Assembly: GCA_945888895.1 (NCBI GenBank)
Contig: CAMDAY010000002.1
Span: 1 to 38,344, forward strand
DNA: 38,344 bases
Reading direction: 5' to 3'
Source of the DNA: Dehalococcoides mccartyi
GTDB taxonomy: Bacteria > Chloroflexota > Dehalococcoidia > UBA2979
In this document: in pieces, positions 9,829 through 19,240 of the stretch
Position numbering within the stretch: position 1 is the first letter of the stretch
How the letters are laid out: the number at the start of each line of letters is the position of its first letter
The notes under the pieces: generated by a model
What the model saw: the letters and a program-made list of their open reading frames with translations, nothing else
Database searches by the model: none
What the model was told of the DNA's origin: nothing
Position numbers and translations under genes: made by a program

Positions 9829-10213
9829 ATGTGGGTATGTGGATGGGTGTATCTCACTGTGGGGGTGTGTCCACCCATGTCGCAAGCCGGAAGATCGTAG
9901 TCATCGTCATGGTGTTGATCATGTGGAGAGCAGGAGCGAGGCGAATCTAGAGGGCCAGTGCATATCTCGGTCATGACTGGCATGTTCGTCCACAGTGCGG
10001 GCGATTTCTCCGCAACAGAGGCAATTCGGGGCTCCGTCAGGCCAGCACCGATGCGCGAGTAAGCCACAACACCCTGCTGATATCCCCGGATTTCCTCTGG
10101 TTATCCACGAAACGGAGAACTGAAGGAGTCACGGGCCTATGCAGCTGATCGGGAACATCGAGGTTAGCCCGACCGAGCGAGAGAACGGGGATAACTCGTC
10201 CGGTTGTGGATAA
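9829..10213. promoter_or_regulatory. Candidate oriC / DnaA-box cluster in the dnaA-obg spacer
   Basis: Perfect DnaA box TGTGGATAA at 10205-10213. TTATCCACG at 10101-10109 (8/9). TCGTCCACA at 9986-9994 (7/9). TGTGGGTAT at 9830-9838 and TGTGGATGG at 9838-9846 (7/9 each). Further TGTGG/CCACA-containing sites near 9858-9875 and 9922-9930. The 468-bp spacer is visibly less GC-rich than its flanks. Confidence 0.45.
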
Positions 10214-10256
10214 TCGAATCGTTGCGCGACACGACGGCGCAAGGCAATCGTGCGAG

Positions 10257-11618
10257 TTAAGCGATGCGCCTCGACGATTCGATCATCTCGCGCAGGCTGC
10301 CGATGTCGCGCTTTGTCTCCGGATCGATGGCGAGCGAGCGCTCCATCTTTCGCCAGCCGTGGTGCACGGTGGAGTGGTCGCGCCCGCCGAGGGCGTCGCC
10401 GATCTCCACCAGCGACCGGTGCGCGAGTTCGCGCATGAGGTACATCGCCACCTGGCGCGGGTAGGCCACGCGCTTCTCACGGCTCTTCGAGAGCAGACCC
10501 TCGCGGTCGATCTCGAAGTAGCGGCAGACGATGTCCATGATCAGCTCGGGCGACGGGGGCAGGCGGGGCTCGGTGGGCTCGAGCGATGCGAGTGCCGAGT
10601 GCACCAGCTCCGGCGTCAGCGCCTCGCCGGTCAGCCGCGAGTAGGCGACGACCCGTGTCAGCGACCCCTCCAGCTCACGGATGTTGTTCTTGAAGCGGGC
10701 GGCAATGACGCTCAGGACGTCGTCGCCGACGCGCAGGTGCTGCTCGGCGGCCTTGTGCCGGAGGATCGCGATGCGCGTCTCTATGTCCGGCGCCTGGAGG
10801 TCGGCGATCATGCCCCACTCGAAGCGGGTGCGCAGGCGCTCCTCGAGGTGCTGGATGTGCGCCGGGCTCTTGTCGGAGGTGATGACGATCTGCTTGCCGG
10901 CCTCGTAGAGCTCGTTGAAGGTGTAGAAGAACTCCTCCTGCGTCTGCTCCTTGCCGGCGATGAACTGGATGTCGTCCATCAGCAGGGCGTCCGCAGAGCG
11001 GTAGCGCGCACGGAAGTCGTCCATCTTGCGCTGCTGGATCGCCGTGATCAGCTGGTTCGTGAACGCCTCGGCGCTCAGGTACACCACGTGCAGGCCCTGC
11101 TTCAGGAGCGCGTGGCCGGCGGCGTGCAGCAGGTGGGTCTTGCCGAGGCCCGGCCCGCCGTAGATGAACAGCGGGTTGTACAGGCGGCCGGCGTCGCGGG
11201 CCACGCCCTCGGCGGCCGCGAACGCGAGGCGGTTGCCCGGCCCGACGATGTAGTTGTCGAAGGTGTAGCGCTCGCGCAGGCGCGGGCGAGGCTGCGACGA
11301 CCGCTGGGCCGTCCCGGCGAGCTCGTTGAGCGCGGCGACCTGATCCTCGACGGAGCGAAGCGGCTCGAACGCGACGTCGAGGGGCATCCCGGCGAGGTCG
11401 GTCAGCGAGCGGATGATCGCGGGACGCAGGCGCTTCTGTAGCCACTCCGTCACGAATTCGGAGCGTGTCCCGACGACCAGGTGATCCGCCTCGAGGCGGA
11501 TGCCCGTGGTGCCGTCCAGCCACGTGTCGTAGTTCGCCCGGGACACCTGCGAGGAGAGGTCCTTGAGCGCTGCCTGCCAGAGAGCGACGGGGTCGTCGTG
11601 CACGCAGCGATACCTCAT
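10257..11618 (-). CDS. dnaA: Chromosomal replication initiator protein DnaA
   Basis: C-terminal 453 aa of track ORF 10257..12254. Contains [65 protein letters not shown] and the domain IV segment [38 protein letters not shown]. Start is ATG 11618, or alternatively GTG 11603, which has GAGGT 8 nt upstream. Confidence 0.95.
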   Translation of the reverse strand: MRYRCVHDDPVALWQAALKDLSSQVSRANYDTWLDGTTGIRLEADHLVVGTRSEFVTEWLQKRLRPAIIRSLTDLAGMPLDVAFEPLRSVEDQVAALNELAGTAQRSSQPRPRLRERYTFDNYIVGPGNRLAFAAAEGVARDAGRLYNPLFIYGGPGLGKTHLLHAAGHALLKQGLHVVYLSAEAFTNQLITAIQQRKMDDFRARYRSADALLMDDIQFIAGKEQTQEEFFYTFNELYEAGKQIVITSDKSPAHIQHLEERLRTRFEWGMIADLQAPDIETRIAILRHKAAEQHLRVGDDVLSVIAARFKNNIRELEGSLTRVVAYSRLTGEALTPELVHSALASLEPTEPRLPPSPELIMDIVCRYFEIDREGLLSKSREKRVAYPRQVAMYLMRELAHRSLVEIGDALGGRDHSTVHHGWRKMERSLAIDPETKRDIGSLREMIESSRRIA

Positions 11619-12033
11619 CACGCCCGGGGTGAACCCGGACACACACACCACTGAGCGGCACGCAGCGCGTGCACGCATGGTCCACAGAAGTCTTGATCTG
11701 GGACGAGCAGCGATGAACTGGAACCGTCTATCTCGGAGCCGGTCCTGTCGCATCGTTTGCCGCAAACGCGAGCGAGGAATCGACCGGCACGGAATGTAGC
11801 ACCGCGTTTTGCGCCCGATCAAGGCTCTTATGTCGGAGCGATGGGAAATCCCCGCGATCATCACGTTTCGAAGAGATACCTTTCGGTAACCCCTTACGCG
11901 CACAGGGCCTCCGGCGATCGTCTTTGCAGCCGTCGCGTGCGTGAGCGTGCGGTGTATGAAGCCTCTGTATACTTGCGCCACCGTATCCGAACGCCGACCG
12001 GAATCGCCCGGCGGAGTATCGCGGAGGCTCCCC

Positions 12034-12825
12034 ATGACTGCACCCACCCACGGTGCCGGCCACCTTCTGGCGATCGACATCGGCAACACCAGCGTGGCCA
12101 TCGGCGTGTTCGAGGGCGACGACCTGATCGCCACCTTCCGCATCGCGACCGACCAGGACAACTTCGCGGACGAGTACGCGATCCTGCTCCTCGGGCTGCT
12201 GAGGAGCCGCGACCTGGGGCCAGGCGACATCGGCGCGGCGATCATGTCGAGCACCGTGCCCCCGCTGATCCAGACGTTCCAGACGGTCTGCCGCCAGCAC
12301 TTCGACGTGGAGCCGATCGTCGTCGGCCCCGGCGTGAAGACCGGCGTCCGGGTGCTCTACGACAACCCGCGCGAGGTCGGCCCGGACCGCATCCTCCACG
12401 CCGTCGCCGCCCTGGACCGCTACGACCCGCCGATGATCATCGTCGACCTCGGCACCGCCTGCGTCTTCGACGCGGTGTCGAGGGACGGCGACTACCTCGG
12501 CGGCGCAATCGCACCGGGCATCGGGCTCGCCTCGCAGGCCCTGTTCAGCCGTGCGGCGATGCTCCACCGGGTCAGCATCTCGCACCCGGACGGCCCCATC
12601 GGCCGAAACACCGTGCACTCGATGCAGTCCGGCATCTTCTTCGGCTACGTGGAGCTGGTGCGCGGGATGGTGCGCCGCTTCAAGGAGGAGATCGGCGAGG
12701 AGGCGCTCGTGATCGGCACCGGCGGCTACGCGGACCTCATCGCCGAGGAAGCCGGCTGCTTCGACGCGATGGAGCCGGATCTGAACCTGGACGGCCTGCG
12801 CCTGGTCTACGAGGCAAACCGATGA
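12034..12825 (+). CDS. coaX: Type III pantothenate kinase
   Basis: LLAIDIGNTSVAIGVF, GPDRI and IIVDLGTA motifs. ATG 12034 is preceded by GGAGG (12023-12027). Confidence 0.9.
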   Translation: MTAPTHGAGHLLAIDIGNTSVAIGVFEGDDLIATFRIATDQDNFADEYAILLLGLLRSRDLGPGDIGAAIMSSTVPPLIQTFQTVCRQHFDVEPIVVGPGVKTGVRVLYDNPREVGPDRILHAVAALDRYDPPMIIVDLGTACVFDAVSRDGDYLGGAIAPGIGLASQALFSRAAMLHRVSISHPDGPIGRNTVHSMQSGIFFGYVELVRGMVRRFKEEIGEEALVIGTGGYADLIAEEAGCFDAMEPDLNLDGLRLVYEANR

Positions 12826-14102
12826 TCACTTCCTCGACGGGTTCCTCCGGCGGCGACAGCGACGCCACCCCGATCCCCGGACGCCCGGGCGACCCGCTGC
12901 GCGGTCGACATGTGGTCCTTGGCGTCACCGGCTCGATCGCCTGCTACAAGGCGATCGAGGTCACCAGCCGCCTCGTCCAGGCGGGCGCGATCGTCGATGT
13001 GGTGCTGACGAAGGCAGCGACCGAGTTCGTCACCCCGCTCGCGTTCAAGGCGATCACCGGACGCACGCCCTACACCGACATGTTCGACCCGAACGGACCC
13101 GACGGTGAGGCGCACGTCGAGCTCGCCCGCCGTGCCGAGGTGATGCTGATCGCGCCGGCCACCGCCGCGACGCTCTCGCGCCTCGCGACCGGGCTCGCCG
13201 AGGACTTCGTGACGCTGACCGCGATCGCGACTGTCGCGCCGCTGCTGATCGCGCCGGCGATGGACGCGCAGATGTGGGAGCACCCGGCGGTGCAGGCGAA
13301 CGTGAACACGCTGGTCGAGCGCGGCGCGCAGATCATCGGGCCGGCCTCCGGGCGTCTCGCCTCGGGTCGCGTCGGCGCGGGCCGTCTCGTCGAGCCCGAG
13401 CGCATCGTCGACGAGGTGCGCGCGCGCCTCGGCCGCGAGCACGGCGACCTCGCGGGTCGCGTGGTCGTGGTCACCGCGGGCGGCACGCGCGAGCCGATCG
13501 ACCCGGTGCGGTACATCAGCAATCACTCCAGCGGGAAGATGGGCTACGCGATCGCCGAGGCTGCCCGCGACCGCGGCGCGGACGTGGCGATCGTCTCGAC
13601 CGTGGGCCTCGCGGCTCCGGTCGGCGTGCGCGTCGTGTCGGTGTCCTCGGCGGTGCAGATGCAGGCCGCCGTGCACGCCGAATGCGCGCAGGCGGACCTG
13701 CTGGTGATGGCCGCGGCCGTCGCCGACTTCCGCCCCGCGAACGCCGCCGACCAGAAGATGAAGAAGAGCGAGGGCACCGCCGGTACCACGATCGACCTCG
13801 TCGAGAACCCGGACATCATCGGCACCACGCCCGCGACCTCGTCGCGCGGGCCGCTGCTGAAGATCGCGTTCGCCGCCGAGACACAGAACCTGATCGAGAA
13901 CGCCGCCGCGAAGATGAAGAGCAAGGGCGCGCGGTTCATCGTGGCGAACGATGTCACCGCGACGGACGCCGGCTTCGGTTCCGACGACAACCGCGTCACG
14001 ATCCTCGACGATCAGGGTGGCCGCGCTGACCTGCCGTTGATGACGAAGTACGCCGTCGGCCACGCCATCCTCGACCGCGTGCGCCCGTTCCTCGCGCCGT
14101 AG
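12822..14102 (+). CDS. coaBC: Bifunctional phosphopantothenoylcysteine decarboxylase / phosphopantothenate-cysteine ligase
   Basis: ATGA start/stop overlap with coaX. Contains VVLGVTGSIACYKAIEVTSRL, LIAPATAATLSRLATGLAEDF, ITAGGTREPIDPVRYISNHSSGKMG and AAAVADFRP. Confidence 0.9.
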   Translation: MITSSTGSSGGDSDATPIPGRPGDPLRGRHVVLGVTGSIACYKAIEVTSRLVQAGAIVDVVLTKAATEFVTPLAFKAITGRTPYTDMFDPNGPDGEAHVELARRAEVMLIAPATAATLSRLATGLAEDFVTLTAIATVAPLLIAPAMDAQMWEHPAVQANVNTLVERGAQIIGPASGRLASGRVGAGRLVEPERIVDEVRARLGREHGDLAGRVVVVTAGGTREPIDPVRYISNHSSGKMGYAIAEAARDRGADVAIVSTVGLAAPVGVRVVSVSSAVQMQAAVHAECAQADLLVMAAAVADFRPANAADQKMKKSEGTAGTTIDLVENPDIIGTTPATSSRGPLLKIAFAAETQNLIENAAAKMKSKGARFIVANDVTATDAGFGSDDNRVTILDDQGGRADLPLMTKYAVGHAILDRVRPFLAP

Positions 14103-14105
14103 ACG

Positions 14106-14693
14106 TTACCGCTCCTGCTCCAACGACTGCACGAGGCGCTCGAACGCCAGCCAGTCCTCGACGCTGCGCCAGTGCGCTGCCCGTGTCGCCTTCGCGTTCA
14201 TCGGATGCGCGATCAGCGCGGGCACGGTCGGGTGCGCCTCGTCGAACGCCTCGAGGACTGACGCGGTGTCGTCGAGGTGGACGGCGAGGCCGTGATCGAT
14301 CGCGTGCGGCGCCTTGGGCGCGCGGTTCGTCGCGACGTAGCCGACGATCGGGATCCCGTGGCGCTCCAGCCAGCGGTGCACAGCGGCGGACTCGTGGTCG
14401 CCGCGGGCGGTGACGATCACCAACTCGTGTTGCGTGGCGAGCCGACGGGCAGTCTCGACGGCGCCGGGCTGCGGCGGCATCTCCACCGTCAGGTCGGTCT
14501 CGTGGATCTCGGTCATGAGCGACTCGAAGCGCTCCTTGCCGATCGCGGCGTGGATGATCGACTCGAGATCCACGACGCCGGGGTGGCGCTCGCGCAGGCC
14601 GCGCAACTCGAAGCCCGTGCGCTCCAGCGTGATGCGCTGGAGCAGCGTGACGAAGTCGGCGAGCGTGTTGTCGAAGTCGATGCCGAGGCGCAT
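14106..14693 (-). CDS. HAD-superfamily hydrolase, 5'(3')-deoxyribonucleotidase-like
   Basis: 195 aa. N-terminal DxDxT motif (GIDFDNTLADF), VIVTAR and a distal DD. Assignment is at family level only. Confidence 0.6.
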   Translation of the reverse strand: MRLGIDFDNTLADFVTLLQRITLERTGFELRGLRERHPGVVDLESIIHAAIGKERFESLMTEIHETDLTVEMPPQPGAVETARRLATQHELVIVTARGDHESAAVHRWLERHGIPIVGYVATNRAPKAPHAIDHGLAVHLDDTASVLEAFDEAHPTVPALIAHPMNAKATRAAHWRSVEDWLAFERLVQSLEQER

Positions 14694-14715
14694 CGCGGCC
14701 CCGTTCTGCGATCCG

Positions 14716-15102
14716 CTACTCGGTGGGCTGGAGCAACTGGATCAGGTTGCCGTCGGGGTCGTCGAACGTGGCGATCCAGCCGCCCCACGCCTCCCGCGAG
14801 GGCGGGCGGATGAAGTCGACGCCTGCACCGGTCAGGCGCTTCGCGACGGCGCGGATGTCGTCGACCTGGAAGTTGATCATGATGCGGTACGGGTCGCCGG
14901 TCGTGCCGTCTACGCCGTCATGTGTGCTGAGGATCAACCGCGTGCGCAGGTCGCCGGACTTCCAGTCGAACGCCACGCGCATCCTCGCATCGGACGAGGG
15001 CAAGAGGCCGACCGTGTCGACGTAGAAGTCGCGCATCTTCGTGAAGCGCTCGGGTGTGGTGAACAGCAAGACGCTCGTCAGCGGACCAACGGTGTCGCTC
15101 AT
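14716..15102 (-). CDS. VOC family protein (glyoxalase/bleomycin-resistance fold)
   Basis: 128 aa. FYVDTVGL...INFQVDDIRAVAKRLTGAGVDFIRPP...GGWIATFDDPDGNLIQLLQ is typical of VOC domains. Confidence 0.75.
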   Translation of the reverse strand: MSDTVGPLTSVLLFTTPERFTKMRDFYVDTVGLLPSSDARMRVAFDWKSGDLRTRLILSTHDGVDGTTGDPYRIMINFQVDDIRAVAKRLTGAGVDFIRPPSREAWGGWIATFDDPDGNLIQLLQPTE

Positions 15103-15120
15103 AGGGACCTCGAACTGTGG

Positions 15121-16620
15121 TTAGCCGCGTGCCCTGCCGAGGGCGAAGTGGATCAGCGTGCGGACGGGGTTGCCGGACATGCCCTTCACCCAGACCCCGT
15201 TGTCGCTCGCCTTCGACATGACGCCGGCGATATCGAAGTGCGCCCACGGCGTGTCGCCGACGAATCGCTCGATGAACTTCGCGGCGGTGATCGAGCCGGC
15301 GGGACGGCCGCCCGTGTTCTTGATGTCGGCCACGTCCGACTTGATCTGGTCGTCGTACTCGGGATCCAGCGGCATCCGCCAGACCTTCTCGCCGGCGGCC
15401 TCGGCGGCGCGCTCGACCTGGGTCATCGTCCGGTCGTCGTTGCAGAAGATGCCGGTGCGCACCCCGCCGAGCGCGACGCCCATCGCGCCGGTCAGCGTCG
15501 CGACATCGAGGATCACGGTCGCGCCCTTCGACTTCGCGTAGGCGATGCCGTCCGCCAGCACCAGGCGGCCCTCGGCGTCGGTGTTCAGCACCTCGATGCT
15601 GGTGCCGTCCATCGCGTACACGACGTCGCCGGGCTTGGTGGCGGTGCCGCCCGGCATGTTCTCCGTGCAGGGCGCGATGGCGATCACGTTGACGCGCGCC
15701 TCCAGTCGGGCGAGCGCGCCGATGGCCGCGATCACGCTGGCGGCGCCGCTCATATCGCCCTTCATCGCATCCATGTTCTCAGCGGGCTTGAGCGAGATAC
15801 CGCCCGTGTCGAAGGTGATGCCCTTGCCGACGAGGGCGATCGGCCGACCGTTCCCGGCGCCGCGGTACTGCAGCACGATGAACTTCGGCGGCTGCGCCGA
15901 GCCATTCGCGACCGACAGGTACGAGCCCATCTTCAGTCGCTCGGCCTCGGCGCGCTCGATGATCGTGCACTCGATGCCGAGTTCCGCCGCCATCTGCTGC
16001 GCGCGCGCGGCGACGATCGTCGGCGTCATGAGGTTGGACGGCTCGTTGGCGAGGTCCCGCGCGAAGTTCGTCTGCTCGCCCAGGATCACGCCCTCGGTCA
16101 CCCCGCGCTGCACCGCGTTCGCGCGCCGGGTCGAGGTCTCGACGAGCGTGATGTGCGCGATCGCATAGCGCGGCTTGTCCTGCTCGCGGGTGTGGTGGCG
16201 GTCGAAGCGGTAGAGGCCGAGCGTCAGCCCCTCCGCGACGGCGCGGCCCGCATCGGTCTGGTCCAGCGCCGTCGAGGTCTCCTGGAGCGCGATCGCGACG
16301 CGGCCGGCGTTCATGTCGCGCAGCCGCCTCGACAGGTTGCCGGCGCGCGTGCGCGCCGAGTCGATGGTCACGCCGTCACGCTTGCCCGCGCCGACCACGG
16401 CCACGCGCTTCGCCTTCAGCCGCCGGCCTGCGGGGAGCACGTTGATCTCGCCGGGGCGGCCGGTGAGGAAGCCGTCCTGGATCAACTGGGTGATTGCGCC
16501 GCCCATCGCGGCGTCGAGGGCCGCGGCCTCCGAGGCGAGGCGGCCGTCCGCGAACACCTCGACGACATAGGTGTCTGCCGTCTGCGCCATGATCCCGCCG
16601 CCCGCGACCGTGATCTCCAT
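15121..16620 (-). CDS. pepA: Leucyl aminopeptidase (M17)
   Basis: Start at ATG 16620 (MEITVAGGG...). Contains VGKGITFDTGGISLKP, NTDAEGRLVLAD and the WAHFDIAG signature. Confidence 0.9.
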   Translation of the reverse strand: MEITVAGGGIMAQTADTYVVEVFADGRLASEAAALDAAMGGAITQLIQDGFLTGRPGEINVLPAGRRLKAKRVAVVGAGKRDGVTIDSARTRAGNLSRRLRDMNAGRVAIALQETSTALDQTDAGRAVAEGLTLGLYRFDRHHTREQDKPRYAIAHITLVETSTRRANAVQRGVTEGVILGEQTNFARDLANEPSNLMTPTIVAARAQQMAAELGIECTIIERAEAERLKMGSYLSVANGSAQPPKFIVLQYRGAGNGRPIALVGKGITFDTGGISLKPAENMDAMKGDMSGAASVIAAIGALARLEARVNVIAIAPCTENMPGGTATKPGDVVYAMDGTSIEVLNTDAEGRLVLADGIAYAKSKGATVILDVATLTGAMGVALGGVRTGIFCNDDRTMTQVERAAEAAGEKVWRMPLDPEYDDQIKSDVADIKNTGGRPAGSITAAKFIERFVGDTPWAHFDIAGVMSKASDNGVWVKGMSGNPVRTLIHFALGRARG

Positions 16621-16806
16621 CGACCGTCCTCGTCCTGCGTCTGCCCCGGATGCCGTCTGTGTGGTGTTGTGGTGGGTGTCGTCTGGTGCGCCGAGCATAG
16701 GCTTCCCCTTCCGGCCCTATCAACCGCATCGCAGGTGAGCTACGTCGGTGGTCCGGTGCTGACCCGGCCGGAGCGCCGGTCTACACTCGAAGCCCGGGGA
16801 GACGAC

Positions 16807-17589
16807 GTGCGAAACAAGTTGCTGCGGTACATGCACGAAGTGACCGCGCCCGATCGGACGCGCGTGGCGTGGTTCGACCTCGTCGAGATCGCGCTCGTGG
16901 TCCTCGGCTTCCTGCTCTATTTCCTGGTGCGGGGCGGCGTCGTGGACCGGACGGCGGACGCTTTGAACCACGCGCGCTGGATCATCGAGGAGCAGCGCGC
17001 GCTCGGCATCTTCATCGAGCCGATGGTCAACGAATGGGCGCTCGAGGCCCCCTGGCGCGTGCGCTTCTTCAACTTCGTCTACTTCTGGCTGGACTTCCCG
17101 CTGATCATCGGCGTCGGTCTGGTGCTGTTCTGGCGCAGCCGCCGACACTACACGCTGCTGCGCGACGCCCTGCTGATCTCCGGGGCGTTCGCCCTCGTCC
17201 TGTACTGGACGTTCCCCGTCGCCCCGCCGAGGTATCTGCCCGAGTGGGGCTTCGTCGACACGATGCAGCAGTACGCGAAGCTGTCCTACCAGGCGCAGTC
17301 GCTGCGCCCGTTCGTGAATCCGTTCGCCGCCGTGCCCTCGCTCCACGTCGGCTGGGCGCTGCTCTTCGCCATCGTGCTGTTCGAGGTGTCCCAGTCGTGG
17401 CTCGTGCGTATCGGCGGTGCGCTGGTGCTGGTGCTGCAGAGCGTCGCCGTGGTCGCGACGGCGAACCACTTCCTCTTCGACGCGCTTGCCGGCGTGGTCA
17501 TCTCGCTGGCCGCGCTGGCCGTCGCTTACTGGCTCGACCGCAGCGGCTACCCGAAGATCCGCGACTCGCTGCAGCGCCTCATGAGCTAG
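16807..17589 (+). CDS. PAP2-superfamily membrane protein (PAP2_3 / IPC-synthase-like)
   Basis: C-terminal 260 aa of the artefactual 1059-aa track ORF. GTG 16807 has GGGGAG 5 nt upstream. Polytopic, with the PAP2 C-terminal motifs VPSLHVGWAL and ANHFLFDALAG. Confidence 0.7.
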   Translation: MRNKLLRYMHEVTAPDRTRVAWFDLVEIALVVLGFLLYFLVRGGVVDRTADALNHARWIIEEQRALGIFIEPMVNEWALEAPWRVRFFNFVYFWLDFPLIIGVGLVLFWRSRRHYTLLRDALLISGAFALVLYWTFPVAPPRYLPEWGFVDTMQQYAKLSYQAQSLRPFVNPFAAVPSLHVGWALLFAIVLFEVSQSWLVRIGGALVLVLQSVAVVATANHFLFDALAGVVISLAALAVAYWLDRSGYPKIRDSLQRLMS

Positions 17590-17603
17590 CGTCCGCCTCG
17601 CAC

Positions 17604-18413
17604 CTACTCCGCGCGGAGCCACGCGAGCGCGAGGAAGCCGGGGCCGAGGCGCGCGCCCTCGTGGCGGGTGATCGGAGCGATCACGACCTCCGCCAGGTCG
17701 AGGTGCTTGGCACCCCACTGCGCCATCGCCTCGGCGGCGGGGCCGGAGGAGGAGTGGAGGATCGCGACGCGCGGGCGGCCCCCCTCGGCGCGGACTTCGA
17801 TGGCAAAGCGGTCGCGGAGCGCGATCAGCGCGTCGGGGCGCTTCGGGAGCGCGGCGAGCGTCGTCACCACGGTGCCATCGAGGGTGGTGACCATGCGCGC
17901 GGGGGTGACGTACAGGCTCGGTGCGATCAGTCCGACGACCTCCGGGTGCTCCAGCATCGCCATGACGCGGGTGCGTCCAGCGGCGCCGCGGGCGGCTGCG
18001 GCGGCTGTCTCGATGTCCCCGCCATCGCGAGCGACCTCGGCGGCAACGATGGCCGCCCAGCCCGCACCCATCAGTGCGCCCTCGGTCTCGACGAGGCGGA
18101 ACGTGGCGCCGCGGGCCTCGACGGCGGCGCGGGCCGCCTCGGGGGCATCGTCCGGGCTGCCGTGGCCGTCGCCGGTGCGGATATAGAGGACGCCCTCGCC
18201 CGGCTCGGCCGCTGCCGCGCACGCTGCGGCAATGTCCGCCGCCTCGAACGGCCCGCGCTCGAGGGCGAGGCGGGGGATCGGGACGCGGTCGAGCAGCAGC
18301 TCCGGCTCCGCGGGGGTGACCGCGATGTTCAGGGCGGCGCGGACCTCGGGCGGGACGCAGGCGTCGGCGTCCACGATCACGCGGAAGCGGGACGGGCGGG
18401 GGGAGTCGGGCAT
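17604..18413 (-). CDS. DegV-like (fatty-acid-binding) family protein
   Basis: 269 aa. N-terminal VIVDADACVPPEV, a central Gly/Ala-rich region, and C-terminal ITRHEGARLGPGFLALAW resembling the DegV H.GPG motif. Divergent, so moderate confidence. Confidence 0.55.
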   Translation of the reverse strand: MPDSPRPSRFRVIVDADACVPPEVRAALNIAVTPAEPELLLDRVPIPRLALERGPFEAADIAAACAAAAEPGEGVLYIRTGDGHGSPDDAPEAARAAVEARGATFRLVETEGALMGAGWAAIVAAEVARDGGDIETAAAAARGAAGRTRVMAMLEHPEVVGLIAPSLYVTPARMVTTLDGTVVTTLAALPKRPDALIALRDRFAIEVRAEGGRPRVAILHSSSGPAAEAMAQWGAKHLDLAEVVIAPITRHEGARLGPGFLALAWLRAE

Positions 18414-18632
18414 GGCGTGATCCTCGGCCGGGGTCAGTCCCGGCGGTTGCCCGTGGCGTCTAGCTAGGCTTCTGTGTTAGCGTTTGCAGGTCTGGGACCA
18501 CCCGAGATGGGCGTCTCTGGATGACTCCACTCCCCAACTCCCCAACTCTACCGGGACGGCGGGCCGAGATCACACCGGCGTGGAGCCTTCGAAGTGTGTG
18601 CGGCGGTAATAGGTACGGATCACACTCAACAG

Positions 18633-18902
18633 ATGGCGCAGACCCTCGAACGCAAGCAAGAGATCGTTGAACAGTACAAGCAGCACGGCACCGACACGGG
18701 TTCGCCCGAGGTGCAGGTGGCCCTGCTGACCGACCGGATCGTCCGCCTGACGGACCACCTCCGGGAGCACAAGCACGACTTCGCCACGCGGCGCGGCCTG
18801 CTCAAGCTCGTCGGCCAGCGCCGTCGGATGCTGCGGTACCTGAGCAACACGGACGTGGACCGTTACCACGCGCTCATTCAGTCCCTGGGGCTGCGCCGCT
18901 AG
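18633..18902 (+). CDS. rpsO: 30S ribosomal protein S15
   Basis: [70 protein letters not shown]. Canonical S15, 89 aa. Confidence 0.95.
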   Translation: MAQTLERKQEIVEQYKQHGTDTGSPEVQVALLTDRIVRLTDHLREHKHDFATRRGLLKLVGQRRRMLRYLSNTDVDRYHALIQSLGLRR

Positions 18903-18923
18903 CGCAGCCTGTTGGCTTTCAGA

Positions 18924-18955
18924 CCGCCGCACGCGTCACAAGCGCGGTGCGGCGG
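18924..18955 (+). terminator. rpsO-pnp intergenic stem-loop (attenuator/processing hairpin)
   Basis: CCGCCGCACGCG-loop-CGCGGTGCGGCGG (9 bp + bulge + 3 bp) starting 22 nt after the rpsO stop. No U-tract, so more likely a partial terminator or RNase target than a strong terminator. Confidence 0.5.
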
Positions 18956-19240
18956 ACGTGCAAATAGCGAGAGATTAACCAACCCATTCCGCGGACGTTC
19001 AGTCCGATCCGCAGTTGCGGCAGCCACCAGACCGCCCGCCCGCCCCTCGAAGATCGAGCGGCCGGCGGGGGGCTCTCCCGGCATCCACTGACCGAGGCGC
19101 ACCGGCCCCAACCCAGAGGCCACTTGCGCCCGGCTGCACCGCCGCCCCGCAGACCTCGAACGTTTCGCGCTCCGGCGTAGGGCCGGTCGGCGACCAGATG
19201 CGGTCGCCCACGTACAGACGAGAGAGATAGAGGTACACCT

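Noticed and set aside
9792-10067. 91-aa ORF (minus strand) in the dnaA-obg spacer with a His/Thr/Pro-rich end.
   Set aside because: There is no RBS, the composition is atypical, and the His/Thr-rich part is simply the translation of the GT-rich TGTGG(G/A)T box cluster. I interpret the region as non-coding origin/promoter DNA.
11619-12033. Spacer upstream of dnaA (divergent from coaX) as the replication origin or as a hidden RNA gene. I noticed 'ccgcaaacg', which is vaguely like a tmRNA tag region.
   Set aside because: Only one weak DnaA-like box (TGGTCCACA). There is no tRNA-like acceptor/T-arm, no GGGG 5' end and no CCA-proximal 3' structure for tmRNA. It most likely holds just the divergent promoter regions. 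The downstream spacer is the better oriC candidate.
10257-12254. 665-aa version of DnaA with a 212-aa N-terminal extension.
   Set aside because: The extension (MLDMIAAPMSPGPRSRLLSS...RSRLRQTMRQDRLRDRRFQ) is Arg/Ser-rich, runs through the lower-GC spacer and overlaps coaX on the opposite strand. The conserved DnaA domain I ([10 protein letters not shown]...) begins right after the internal ATG 11618 / GTG 11603.
18529-18548. Short direct repeat CTCCCCAACTCCCCAACTC upstream of rpsO.
   Set aside because: Only two 8-nt units are present, with no palindromy and no further copies in the window. This is too little to call a regulatory site.
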